The notes under the pieces were generated by a model. That model did no database searches. It saw only the letters and a list, made by a program, of their open reading frames with translations, and was not told where the DNA came from. A stretch of DNA of 64,000 bases from a virus (Duplodnaviria; Heunggongvirae; Uroviricota; Caudoviricetes), in the IMG/VR virus record IMGVR_UViG_3300037882_000610, positions 17,576 to 81,575 of that record, one strand, 5' to 3'. How positions within the stretch are numbered: the first letter of the stretch is position 1; every line of letters starts with the position of its first letter. The translations under genes were made by a program, and so were the position numbers. Positions 1-7,324 of the stretch are shown here, in pieces.

Positions 1-32
1 CGATTGAAGCAGATACTTGGCTTTGACCCAAG

Positions 33-491
33 GTGAGTAGGTTTGATTCCTACACTCGGTGCCAGGAGAAAATGAAAAAGCATTGTAGAGGGTGTGGAGA
101 AGACAAGTCCGTAGAAGATTTCAACAGGAACAAGGCCAAGACGGACGGTTTGCAAACTCAATGTAGAGATTGTATGCACGACTTGAACAAGTCTCACTAC
201 CACAAGAGTCCAGAGCGAAGGGCCAAGCTCAGAATGAACGGCAAACTTCTCAGAGTTAAGAATGCAAAATTCTTGGCCAGATACAAGAGATTTTATGGTT
301 GCCGTTTGTGCAGGGAGCGTGAGCCAGTTGTGCTAGACTTGCATCACATAGACCCGGCAGTAAAAGATACAGAAGTTTCTAAATTACTTCATAGTAGTGA
401 TAGAATGAAAGAAGAGCTTCGCAAATGTGCGGTCCTGTGCGCCAATTGCCACAGGAAGTTTCATGCAGGCCTAGTCGAATTGGGATTGTAG
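33..491 (+). CDS. HNH-family homing endonuclease (152 aa)
   Basis: ORF track 33..491. Cys-rich N-terminus (CRGCG, CRDC) and HNH core LHHIDP...CANCH. Stop overlaps the first tRNA. Confidence 0.55.
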   Translation: MSRFDSYTRCQEKMKKHCRGCGEDKSVEDFNRNKAKTDGLQTQCRDCMHDLNKSHYHKSPERRAKLRMNGKLLRVKNAKFLARYKRFYGCRLCREREPVVLDLHHIDPAVKDTEVSKLLHSSDRMKEELRKCAVLCANCHRKFHAGLVELGL

Positions 492-555
492 CTCACGGGT
501 AGAGCAGGCGGCTCTTAACCGTCAGGCGAGAGTTCAAGCCTCTCCGGTCCCACCA
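482..555 (+). tRNA. tRNA-Lys (anticodon CTT)
   Basis: Manual fold: acceptor gggattg/cggtccc, anticodon stem ggcgg/ccgtc, loop cTCTTAa, T-arm gagag-ttcaagc-ctctc, encoded CCA. Confidence 0.65.
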
Positions 556-557
556 AA

Positions 558-640
558 TGCCGCGTGGTCGAAAGGTCAGGCGACGGATTGCAAATCCGTG
601 ACGAAAGTCAATGCAGGTTCAACTCCTGTCGCAGTGTCCA
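558..640 (+). tRNA. aberrant tRNA-like element, isotype unresolved (anticodon-arm candidate GCA)
   Basis: Canonical T-arm gcagg-ttcaact-cctgt, 3' acceptor cgcagtg + t + CCA (638-640), hairpin acgga-ttGCAaa-tccgt, possible extra arm gac-gaaa-gtc. The 5' acceptor (tgccgcg) pairs with one C-A mismatch and D/anticodon registers conflict. Confidence 0.3.
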
Positions 641-690
641 GATTTGGGGTGTTATACTCCATAACGCTCCACAAGTAGTATAACGAGTTG

Positions 691-794
691 TCCAAACAAT
701 CCCACGAACGAGTCCATAGGAATGGCACTAGCCGTGAAAAGCTAGGAGCAGGTAGATCGCTGCTTACAGGTTCGAGTCCTGTGTTTGGGGGCCA
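691..794 (+). ncRNA. tRNA-like structured element (104 nt) of unknown function
   Basis: 5' tccaaac (691-697) pairs 7/7 with gtttggg (783-789). Canonical T-arm acagg-ttcgagt-cctgt (766-782). Ends ggCCA (792-794). Too long, and internal arms are non-canonical, for a standard tRNA. Confidence 0.25.
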
Positions 795-800
795 AAATTC

Positions 801-875
801 GGGTTGTTAGATCAGCGGTAGATCACCTCCTTTACACGGAGAACGTCGGCGGTTCGATCCCGTCACAACCCACCA
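801..875 (+). tRNA. tRNA-Val (anticodon TAC)
   Basis: Acceptor gggttgt/acaaccc, D-stem gatc/gatc, anticodon loop tTTACac, T-arm ggcgg-ttcgatc-ccgtc, CCA encoded. C27-A43 mismatch. Confidence 0.65.
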
Positions 876-1040
876 GAAAAAGCGGTGGTGCAGTCTCGTG
901 CCGCTGACCTTAGATTGAGCCCTAACGGCAGTCTCTGAAAGGCTTGTAGATATGCAAGCAAACCAGGGTCAAACGAGATGCCGGTGACTCTAAGGTCCGT
1001 CCTCGCTCTCATAGGACGTAAATCAGAGAGTCCAAACAAA

Positions 1041-1116
1041 TGCGAGTTGGCGCAATAGGTAGCGCAGCGGGCTCATAACCCGAAGGTTCCCGGTTCGAGT
1101 CCGGGGCTCGCAACCA
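1041..1116 (+). tRNA. tRNA-Met (CAT), initiator-like (three G-C pairs at base of anticodon stem)
   Basis: Acceptor tgcgagt/gctcgca, D-stem gcgc/gcgc, anticodon stem gcggg/cccga, loop cTCATaa, T-arm cccgg-ttcgagt-ccggg, CCA encoded. Confidence 0.65.
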
Positions 1117-1337
1117 TCAATGGGGTGTGAGTCATTCTCACGCTTACTCTGAGGGGACATGCTTGCACATTGTGCGAAGCTGCAAGATAGCGTAATGTGG
1201 GTTGCATGTTGAGTAGGAGTAAGTAGCTGCCCCGCCCAATTCGGTGCACGAAGAAATCATCTCCAGGGAGTCGCCCGGTAACATAGCTGGATCAAAAGGT
1301 GGGAGTTAGAAGTCCTCAAGACGGGTTCAAAATTTAA

Positions 1338-1413
1338 TGCGGGGTAGCTCAGTCGGTAGAGCAGGAGGCTCATAACCTCAAGGTCAGGCGTTCGATTCGC
1401 CTCCCCGCAACCA
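1338..1413 (+). tRNA. tRNA with CAT anticodon (elongator Met or Ile2-lysidine type)
   Basis: Acceptor tgcgggg/ccccgca, D-stem gctc/gagc, anticodon stem ggagg/cctca, loop cTCATaa, T-arm aggcg-ttcgatt-cgcct, CCA encoded. Confidence 0.65.
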
Positions 1414-1418
1414 ACAAG

Positions 1419-1495
1419 CCCGTCGTAGCTCAATAGCGTAGAGCACTCGGCTTTTACCCGAGGGGTTGAAAGTTCGAGTCTTTCTGGCGGGACCA
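1419..1495 (+). tRNA. tRNA-Lys (anticodon TTT)
   Basis: Acceptor cccgtcg/tggcggg (2 G-U), D-stem gctc/gagc, anticodon stem ctcgg/ccgag, loop cTTTTac, T-arm gaaag-ttcgagt-ctttc, CCA encoded. Confidence 0.7.
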
Positions 1496-1534
1496 TTGAC
1501 AAATGACGTATTGTAAAGTACAATTACAACATAA

Positions 1535-1610
1535 GGTGAGTTAGCTCAGTTGGTAGAGCACGGGATTGTCTATCCCACGGTCAGGAGTTCAATCCTCCTA
1601 CTCATCGCCA
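1535..1610 (+). tRNA. tRNA-Asp (anticodon GTC)
   Basis: Acceptor ggtgagt/actcatc, D-stem gctc/gagc, loop tTGTCta, T-arm aggag-ttcaatc-ctcct, gCCA encoded. Confidence 0.65.
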
Positions 1611-1611
1611 T

Positions 1612-1688
1612 TCCCGGGTAGCTTAGCGATCCAAAGCACTCGACTGATAATCGAGAGACCGTTGGTTTGAATCCAACTCTGGGAACCA
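1612..1688 (+). tRNA. tRNA-Ile (anticodon GAT)
   Basis: Acceptor tcccggg/tctggga, D-stem gctt/aagc, anticodon stem ctcga/tcgag, loop cTGATaa, T-arm gttgg-tttgaat-ccaac, CCA encoded. Confidence 0.7.
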
Positions 1689-1765
1689 ATCAACGGGCGA
1701 AGACATTGAAAAGCTGAGACGGCCATGTGCGTATCCAGCGTAAGATGTAGTTGTCCACCAATCAT

Positions 1766-1843
1766 GTGGCTATCTGTCTAAAGGTTTAGGACGTTGGACT
1801 TTCAATCCAAAAATGTCGGGTTCGAGTCCCACTAGCCACACCA
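1766..1843 (+). tRNA. tRNA-Glu (anticodon TTC)
   Basis: Acceptor gtggcta/tagccac perfect, anticodon stem ttgga/tccaa, loop cTTTCaa, T-loop ttcgagt, CCA encoded. T-stem has two mismatches. Confidence 0.55.
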
Positions 1844-2005
1844 TGAGTCTCTTCCACGCAAGAAAGTAAGTCGTGGAAGCTTGAGCCCGATTGCGCAGTC
1901 GGGAAACGCACGTAAGCTCTATCACGTCACGGTCGCTCTGTGACTGGCCTGGAGCTTAGGAAATCAACGTGCAGTAGCGAGCATCCGAAGCTTGCACCTA
2001 ACAAT

Positions 2006-2081
2006 TTGCCGGTAGCTCAGTTGGTAGAGCGCTTGACTGTTAATCAAGTGGTCGGGGGTTCGATCCCTCCCCGGTGAGCCA
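2006..2081 (+). tRNA. tRNA-Asn (anticodon GTT)
   Basis: Acceptor ttgccgg/ccggtga, D-stem gctc/gagc, anticodon stem cttga/tcaag, loop cTGTTaa, T-arm ggggg-ttcgatc-cctcc, gCCA encoded. Confidence 0.65.
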
Positions 2082-2165
2082 ATAGACCTAAGTCTTCCGT
2101 AGAGAGCTTGGCAGGAACTGAAGCCTAACCAAGCGGTATCCCGGGTGCGGGCTTAGGTCTATTGG
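2080..2165. repeat. 14-bp inverted repeat (ccaatagacctaag / cttaggtctattgg) flanking a 58-nt spacer; left arm overlaps CCA end of tRNA-Asn
   Basis: Arms at 2080-2093 and 2152-2165 are exact reverse complements. Spacer contains nested hairpin cccgggtgcggg. Confidence 0.55.
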
Positions 2166-2353
2166 TTGGAGAAGTATGATTGAAGAGCGATTATGAGGCT
2201 TTGCAAGGCGCATTTTCGTGACATGATTCAGGCCATGTGACCGAACGGAGTACACCTGAACCTCGACGGCCAGTTGTCGGACTGGCCCGGTAGCTCTGAG
2301 TCGTGGAAACGCACACCAGATTCAATACTGGGCCAATTTAAACAAGGAGTTCT

Positions 2354-2725
2354 GTGCCGTCAAAAGACGTTGAAAAGCAACGCCGATGGCGTAGAGAGTG
2401 GTATGAGAGAAACAAAGACAGGCAGATACAGAGGCAGATGGCCCGGCGCAAAGAACTTGCGCAATGGCTCTGGCAACATAAAAGAACGTTGTCTTGCACT
2501 GACTGCGGAATGTCTTTTGCTGAACACCCCGAAAGGTGTGACTTTCATCATCTAGACCCTTCCGAAAAGGAAGACGTTGTTTCAATCGTTGCCTATTCCA
2601 GCAGGAAGGCTGCGTTGAGTGAGATAGCGAAGTGCGTGCCATTGTGTGCTTGTTGCCACAGGACTCGGCACAAAGATATGTACACTAATATGAACATCGG
2701 GCCAGTAGCTCAATTGGCAGAGTAA
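2354..2725 (+). CDS. HNH-family endonuclease (123 aa) embedded in tRNA array
   Basis: ORF track. Motifs CTDCG, CDFHHLDP and CVPLCACCH (HNH zinc/His-Me finger). 3' end overlaps tRNA-Trp by about 27 nt. Confidence 0.55.
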   Translation: MPSKDVEKQRRWRREWYERNKDRQIQRQMARRKELAQWLWQHKRTLSCTDCGMSFAEHPERCDFHHLDPSEKEDVVSIVAYSSRKAALSEIAKCVPLCACCHRTRHKDMYTNMNIGPVAQLAE

Positions 2726-2774
2726 TCGCCTCCAAAGCGAGAGGTTGTGGGTTCAACTCCTACCTGTCCCGCCA
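2699..2774 (+). tRNA. tRNA-Trp (anticodon CCA)
   Basis: Acceptor gggccag/ctgtccc (one C-U mismatch), D-stem gctc/gagt, loop cTCCAaa, T-arm gtggg-ttcaact-cctac, gCCA encoded. Confidence 0.55.
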
Positions 2775-2780
2775 AACAAC

Positions 2781-2857
2781 ACGTCTTTAGCTCAATGGAC
2801 AAGAGCGTCGCCCTACGAAGGCGCAGGTTGCAGGTTCGAGTCCTGTGAGACGTACCA
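2781..2857 (+). tRNA. tRNA-Arg (anticodon ACG)
   Basis: Acceptor acgtctt/gagacgt, D-stem gctc/gagc, loop cTACGaa, T-arm gcagg-ttcgagt-cctgt, aCCA encoded. Confidence 0.65.
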
Positions 2858-3017
2858 ACAAGTCCTTAGCTGCTATCTGCTCACCGTTTAAATGATACGG
2901 ACAAGTAGGCACGACAGAAATCTAAGGCAACAATTTGGGGGCAGCAGAAGACTGCGGGATAGCTTTGCAAGCTTTCTGTCTACAAGGGCGCGATACCCTG
3001 GGCCTCCACCAACGTTT

Positions 3018-3056
3018 CTTATTCTATACATTCGCCTCTGTTTGTATAGAATAAGA
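3018..3056. repeat. perfect 13-bp inverted repeat hairpin (cttattctataca ... tgtatagaataag)
   Basis: Read directly; 13-nt loop attcgcctctgtt. Sits 6 nt upstream of tRNA-Phe. Confidence 0.5.
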
Positions 3057-3061
3057 TACAT

Positions 3062-3137
3062 GCATCTGTAGCTCAATTGGTAGAGCGCTGCCCTGAAGAG
3101 GCAGGCGTTGAAGGTTCGAGTCCTTCTGGGTGCACCA
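3062..3137 (+). tRNA. tRNA-Phe (anticodon GAA)
   Basis: Acceptor gcatctg/tgggtgc, D-stem gctc/gagc, anticodon stem ctgcc/ggcag, loop cTGAAga, T-arm gaagg-ttcgagt-ccttc, aCCA encoded. Confidence 0.7.
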
Positions 3138-3143
3138 ATCATC

Positions 3144-3226
3144 GCCCCGGTGGCTTATGTAAATTTGGTACAGCTACACGCCTCAGAAGCGTGGCTTTTG
3201 GGAGTTCGAGTCTCCCCTGGGGCACC
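3144..3226 (+). tRNA. aberrant tRNA-like gene, possible tRNA-Leu (CAG) with oversized D region
   Basis: Acceptor gccccgg/ctggggc, anticodon stem cacgc/gcgtg, loop cTCAGaa, T-arm gggag-ttcgagt-ctccc, aCCA encoded. 26 nt lie between acceptor and anticodon stem, giving a D-loop of about 16 nt. Confidence 0.35.
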
Positions 3227-3235
3227 AAACACAAA

Positions 3236-3313
3236 CCGAGTGTAGCGCAGTCTGGTTAGCGCATCTGCTTTGGGAGCAGAGGGTCGCACGTTCGAATCGT
3301 GCCATTCGGACCA
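3236..3313 (+). tRNA. tRNA-Pro (anticodon TGG)
   Basis: Acceptor ccgagtg/cattcgg, D-stem gcgc/gcgc, anticodon stem tctgc/gcaga, loop tTTGGga, T-arm gcacg-ttcgaat-cgtgc, aCCA encoded. Confidence 0.7.
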
Positions 3314-3371
3314 TACAATTTAAATTTCGTGCCCGAAGCTTCCTCTCCTTGAATACGGCACAACTTGAAGC

Positions 3372-3408
3372 CCCGCCCGGATGAAAGTCTGGAGCGGGGT
3401 TATTTCAT
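3372..3408 (+). terminator. hairpin (ccccgc...gcgggg) followed by ttatttc; possible terminator of tRNA array transcript
   Basis: 6-bp GC stem with 17-nt loop then a T-rich run. Overlaps the 5' end of the terminase ORF as called by the track (TTG start). Confidence 0.3.
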
Positions 3409-3418
3409 TGGAGATTAC

Positions 3419-4909
3419 ATGAAGGTTCGCCCACCAGCTCAGCCGGTGCTCAAGCGTCCCGTTTACGGACCTTGTAGCGAGAAACAAAGACTCATCCTCA
3501 CGGATGATAGCACAGACATTCTGCTTTGCGGTGGAGGAGCCGGGGGTGGGAAGTCGCACACATGCCTGACTAAGGCATTGAAGTACATCAACGATCCAGC
3601 AGCTCGTGTGCTGATCGTCCGTCGCACTTACCCTATGCTGAAGATTTCAGGGGGATTGTGGGACGAATCGAAGAAGATTTACAAGCACTTCAAGGGCGTG
3701 CCCAAGGTGCAGCGCTTGACTTGGGAATTCCCCAACGGGGCGACGATTCAGTTCGCTGCTATCCCAGACAACCCGTCTGACTGGCAGGGTTTGCAGGCCT
3801 CCCACATTCTTGTGGACGAAGCCGCTGAATTCACTCAGGAAGAAATCCTCTTCTTGGTATCTCGTCTGCGTGCAGTTGAGTACGTCGGCCACTTGAACGT
3901 CACGATGACGTGCAACCCACACAGAGACTCGTTCCTGTATGACTGGGTTGAGTTCTCGTTGAATGAGCGTGGCATCCCTGTAGATGGCACAGAGAGCGTG
4001 ATCCGCTACTTCGTCAACCTTGCCGGAACCATGTACTGGTCTTCCGAGTCGAAGGATGACCTCTGGGAGCGGTATGGCAAGCCTCAGGGCTATTGCCGGG
4101 AGCATGAAGACCCGACGAAGATCAACTTCATTCCGATGTCGTTCAGGTTCATTCCTTTGACGATCTTCGATAACCCGATTCTGATGAAGAATAACCCGGG
4201 CTATCTGGCGAACCTGCTGCAACAGCCTCGGGTGAACCAAGAGCGTTACTTGTATGGATCGTGGACAGCTCGTGCCGAAGGCTCAGGCTTCTTCCGTCGC
4301 GACTGGGTAGAAATCGTTGACAGGCCTCCCATTGAGACCTACAACCGGGTCCGCTCTTGGGACTTGGCAGCTTCCATTGTATCAGAAACCAACCCTGATC
4401 CCGACTATACAGCCGGTGTAAAGATGTCCAAGGGCTGTGACGGATACTACTATGTAGAGGATGTGCACCGCTTCCGATTGCTCCCTGATGGGGTTATCAA
4501 GGAAATCATTCAGACAGCTAGGCACGATGGCCTGGATGCGTGCAAGGTAACTATCCCCAAAGACCCTGGAGCTGGAGGCAAGACAGCCAACTCATTCCAG
4601 CTCAGGACTCTTGCAGAGAATGGCGTAGCCGCTTCTTCTGTGATTGTCAGTGGGCACAATGGGAAGATTTCTCGATTCCTGCCGTTCTGTACGCTAGCTG
4701 AATCTAGAAAGGTTCGAGTGGTGCGAGGGCCTTGGAATGAGGCATGGCTGACGGAGTTGGAATACTTCGAAGGCCTGCGAACTAACAAGGACGACCAAGT
4801 TGACGCGACAGCCGATGCCTTCAATACGTTGTGCAAGTCTATCGTGCTTCCTACCATCGTTATGCCGTCTCTTCAACAAAAAGCCCCAATTGCAACGATT
4901 GGCTCTTGA
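3419..4909 (+). CDS. terL: terminase large subunit
   Basis: Walker A CGGGAGGGKSHT, Walker B ILVDEAAEF, C-terminal nuclease-like region. ATG at 3419 with GGAG 6 nt upstream is preferred over the TTG at 3365. Confidence 0.85.
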   Translation: MKVRPPAQPVLKRPVYGPCSEKQRLILTDDSTDILLCGGGAGGGKSHTCLTKALKYINDPAARVLIVRRTYPMLKISGGLWDESKKIYKHFKGVPKVQRLTWEFPNGATIQFAAIPDNPSDWQGLQASHILVDEAAEFTQEEILFLVSRLRAVEYVGHLNVTMTCNPHRDSFLYDWVEFSLNERGIPVDGTESVIRYFVNLAGTMYWSSESKDDLWERYGKPQGYCREHEDPTKINFIPMSFRFIPLTIFDNPILMKNNPGYLANLLQQPRVNQERYLYGSWTARAEGSGFFRRDWVEIVDRPPIETYNRVRSWDLAASIVSETNPDPDYTAGVKMSKGCDGYYYVEDVHRFRLLPDGVIKEIIQTARHDGLDACKVTIPKDPGAGGKTANSFQLRTLAENGVAASSVIVSGHNGKISRFLPFCTLAESRKVRVVRGPWNEAWLTELEYFEGLRTNKDDQVDATADAFNTLCKSIVLPTIVMPSLQQKAPIATIGS

Positions 4910-4934
4910 CAATATGTCGTCTGTGTTGTATAAT
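4906..4934 (+). promoter_or_regulatory. consensus sigma70-type promoter TTGACA-N17-TATAAT upstream of portal gene
   Basis: -35 TTGACA 4906-4911, 17-nt spacer, -10 TATAAT 4929-4934. RBS GGAGGA 4953-4958, ATG 4965. Confidence 0.6.
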
Positions 4935-4964
4935 CACAGCTACGACCCTACTGGAGGATAATGA

Positions 4965-6464
4965 ATGCCTGACAAGAAGCCGGCTCAAGCCGACTCGTCA
5001 GCTCTTCAACCAGACCCAGGCTCCGTCATTCCCCGCATGTCGCTAGGCGAGCAAGGTGTGCTCGGTCTAAAGACTGCGCACAAGCGAATTTTGGAGGAAG
5101 CGCAAGCTGCCTTCCGCTACCCAGGCTTCATCAACACTGTAGCAGAAATGCGCAACAACCCAACGGTTGGTGCTGCAATGAATGTCTACCGCATGATGAT
5201 GTCTCGGGTCCAATGGAATGTTGAACCTCCAGAGGGGGGCTCAGACGTTGATATTGCACGTGCCAAGGTTATCGAGAGCATGATGTCTGACATGGAACAC
5301 TCTTGGAGTGGTTTCATTGAGAGCGTCATCCCTTACCTTGAATACGGCTTTGCCATCAACGAGATTGTACTACGTCGTCGCCTCAAGCGCAACGGCTCAA
5401 AGTACAACGACGGACTCGTGGGCTTGAAGAAGCTCGCCCCTCGTAGCCAGGACACAATCAACGGTTGGATTTTCTCCGACGATGGTGCTGACCTGATTGC
5501 TATCGAGCAAAGTATTCGCAATGTTGAGAATCCCAATCGTTTTGCGAATCGAAAGAACATCAATGGGATGTTGGAAATTGATCGGGCTAAGTTCCTGCTC
5601 TTCAGCGCAAGCGCTACGAAGGGGAACCCCGAAGGCAATTCCATCTACAAGAACATTTACCTCGCGTTCAAGCAACTGACACTCCTGCAAAATCAGGAAC
5701 TGCTCGGTATTGCCAAGGACGTTCAAGGTATCCTGAAGATCGGTATCCCGCCTCGATACCTAGACCCTACTGCTTCTGCGGAAGATAAGGCGACGCTGGC
5801 AGCATTCCAGCAGATCATCGACAACTACAACGCGGGAACTCAACGTGGCCTGCTGGTTCCGCTCATGTCGGACCCAGAGACTAAGGCTCCGCTGTTTGAC
5901 TACAGCCTGTTGGAGTCCAAGGGACTCGCCAAGTATGACACAGAGGCTGTCATCAAGCGTCTCCAAGGTGACATCCTCTCAGCTCTGAGTGTTGACATCT
6001 TGAAGCTCGGTGCTGAAGGTGGCGGCTCGTTCTCCCTTGCGGAGAGCAAGAGCAGCGTCTTGGCCCTGGCTATCGACTACCGCCTACGCGAAATCGCCGA
6101 AGTCTTGAACTCACACCTCATGCGTACATTGTACGAGATGAACGGCTGGGACACAAGCAACATGGCGAAATTTTCTTACGCAGACATCGAAGAAGTCAGC
6201 CTCGAAGATTTCAGCAAGGCTATCCAACGTGTCTTCTCGACCAGTGCTATTGAAGTTGACCGTGGAGTTCTCAACCGTATCCGTAAGGTACTCGGAATGG
6301 AACCTAAGGGTGACGATGAGCCTGTGGACAAAGACAATCTTCCAGCCATTCTAACAGGTCAGGCAACTGGCGCTGGGGCAGGTATGGAAGTAGGAACTTC
6401 AGGTAGTGGCACTGCAAAGAAGCCACGTCCGAAGGACGCTTCAACAAGCAACAAGGAAAATTGA
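4965..6464 (+). CDS. portal protein
   Basis: 499 aa immediately after terL; size, position and composition typical of a lambda gpB/HK97-type portal. Confidence 0.7.
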   Translation: MPDKKPAQADSSALQPDPGSVIPRMSLGEQGVLGLKTAHKRILEEAQAAFRYPGFINTVAEMRNNPTVGAAMNVYRMMMSRVQWNVEPPEGGSDVDIARAKVIESMMSDMEHSWSGFIESVIPYLEYGFAINEIVLRRRLKRNGSKYNDGLVGLKKLAPRSQDTINGWIFSDDGADLIAIEQSIRNVENPNRFANRKNINGMLEIDRAKFLLFSASATKGNPEGNSIYKNIYLAFKQLTLLQNQELLGIAKDVQGILKIGIPPRYLDPTASAEDKATLAAFQQIIDNYNAGTQRGLLVPLMSDPETKAPLFDYSLLESKGLAKYDTEAVIKRLQGDILSALSVDILKLGAEGGGSFSLAESKSSVLALAIDYRLREIAEVLNSHLMRTLYEMNGWDTSNMAKFSYADIEEVSLEDFSKAIQRVFSTSAIEVDRGVLNRIRKVLGMEPKGDDEPVDKDNLPAILTGQATGAGAGMEVGTSGSGTAKKPRPKDASTSNKEN

Positions 6465-7324
6465 TGCACCCACACAGCCTATTCAGGCTGTCGTCACGGG
6501 TTCACAACACGCCGCATCTCATCACTCCCGACGCTCTGACAGTCATCCTTGACTACCTCGAAGATCGGAACTCTTCGGAGTTTCATCTTGGAGTGTCAGA
6601 ACGTGTACTAGCTTCCACTCAAGAAGACGACATCCCCAACTATTCAAATGGTGTGGGTGTTCTGTTGATTGATGGAAGCTTGACGTACAAGCCAGTCATG
6701 ACAATGTGTGGAGAGGCCGGTACTAGCTACCAGTCACTCGTCGCTCGTACAGAGAGTTTCATCTCTGCTGGAGCACACACAATCGTTATGGAAGTCTCTT
6801 CGGGAGGAGGAGAAGCATCACACGTGTTTGAAGCTGCGAACGAAATTCGCACGCTCTGTGATGACAACAACATTCGATTGATCGGCTATGCCGACACGAT
6901 GGCAGCCTCTGCGGCCTACGCTCTGCTGAGTGTATGCGACGTGATTGTTGCTAACCCTTCGGCTCAAGTAGGGTCGATTGGATGCGTAGTCGCATTGCTC
7001 GATACCTCAGCCGCGATGGACAAGGCGGGACTCAAGCGAATCTTCATCACCTCTGGTGAATCGAAGGTTCCGTTCGCTGCCGATGGCACGTTCAAGCAGT
7101 CTTTCCTCGACGACATACAAACCCGTGTAGATGCGCTGAACGAAGAGTTCACTGCTCACGTTAGCCAGTACACAGGTCTCGACGCCAAGACCATCAAGAG
7201 TTTTGAAGCCAAGGTGTTTGATGCCAAGACGGCACTCAGCAATGGCCTCATCAACTCTGTGATGACCACAAAGGAATTCGCGCAATACGTTGCGCACGTT
7301 ACCAAGGAACCCAATGAAGTCTAA
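6464..7324 (+). CDS. prohead protease, S49 (SppA/ClpP-like) family
   Basis: SGGGEA...GYADTMAASAAYALL...IGSIGCV, a serine-peptidase S49-like motif block. ATG overlaps portal stop (ATGA), RBS AAGGAAA. Confidence 0.7.
   Translation: MHPHSLFRLSSRVHNTPHLITPDALTVILDYLEDRNSSEFHLGVSERVLASTQEDDIPNYSNGVGVLLIDGSLTYKPVMTMCGEAGTSYQSLVARTESFISAGAHTIVMEVSSGGGEASHVFEAANEIRTLCDDNNIRLIGYADTMAASAAYALLSVCDVIVANPSAQVGSIGCVVALLDTSAAMDKAGLKRIFITSGESKVPFAADGTFKQSFLDDIQTRVDALNEEFTAHVSQYTGLDAKTIKSFEAKVFDAKTALSNGLINSVMTTKEFAQYVAHVTKEPNEV

Noticed and set aside
1257-1523. 88-aa - strand ORF
   Set aside because: Lies entirely across two tRNA genes. Its translation (RTFNAC.., LSYR) is the characteristic artefact of reading tRNA DNA.
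2080-2165. attP core at the 3' end of tRNA-Asn
   Set aside because: Integrase is 27 kb away and on a different module; attP is normally adjacent to int. Kept only as a structural repeat.
2888-3259. ORFs 2888-3142 (-) and 3077-3259 (+)
   Set aside because: Overlap tRNA-Phe and the tRNA-like element; artefactual.
3285-3319. Promoter-like TTCGAA-N17-TACAAT overlapping tRNA-Pro
   Set aside because: -35 matches only 3/6, and it lies inside the tRNA T-arm/acceptor; likely fortuitous.
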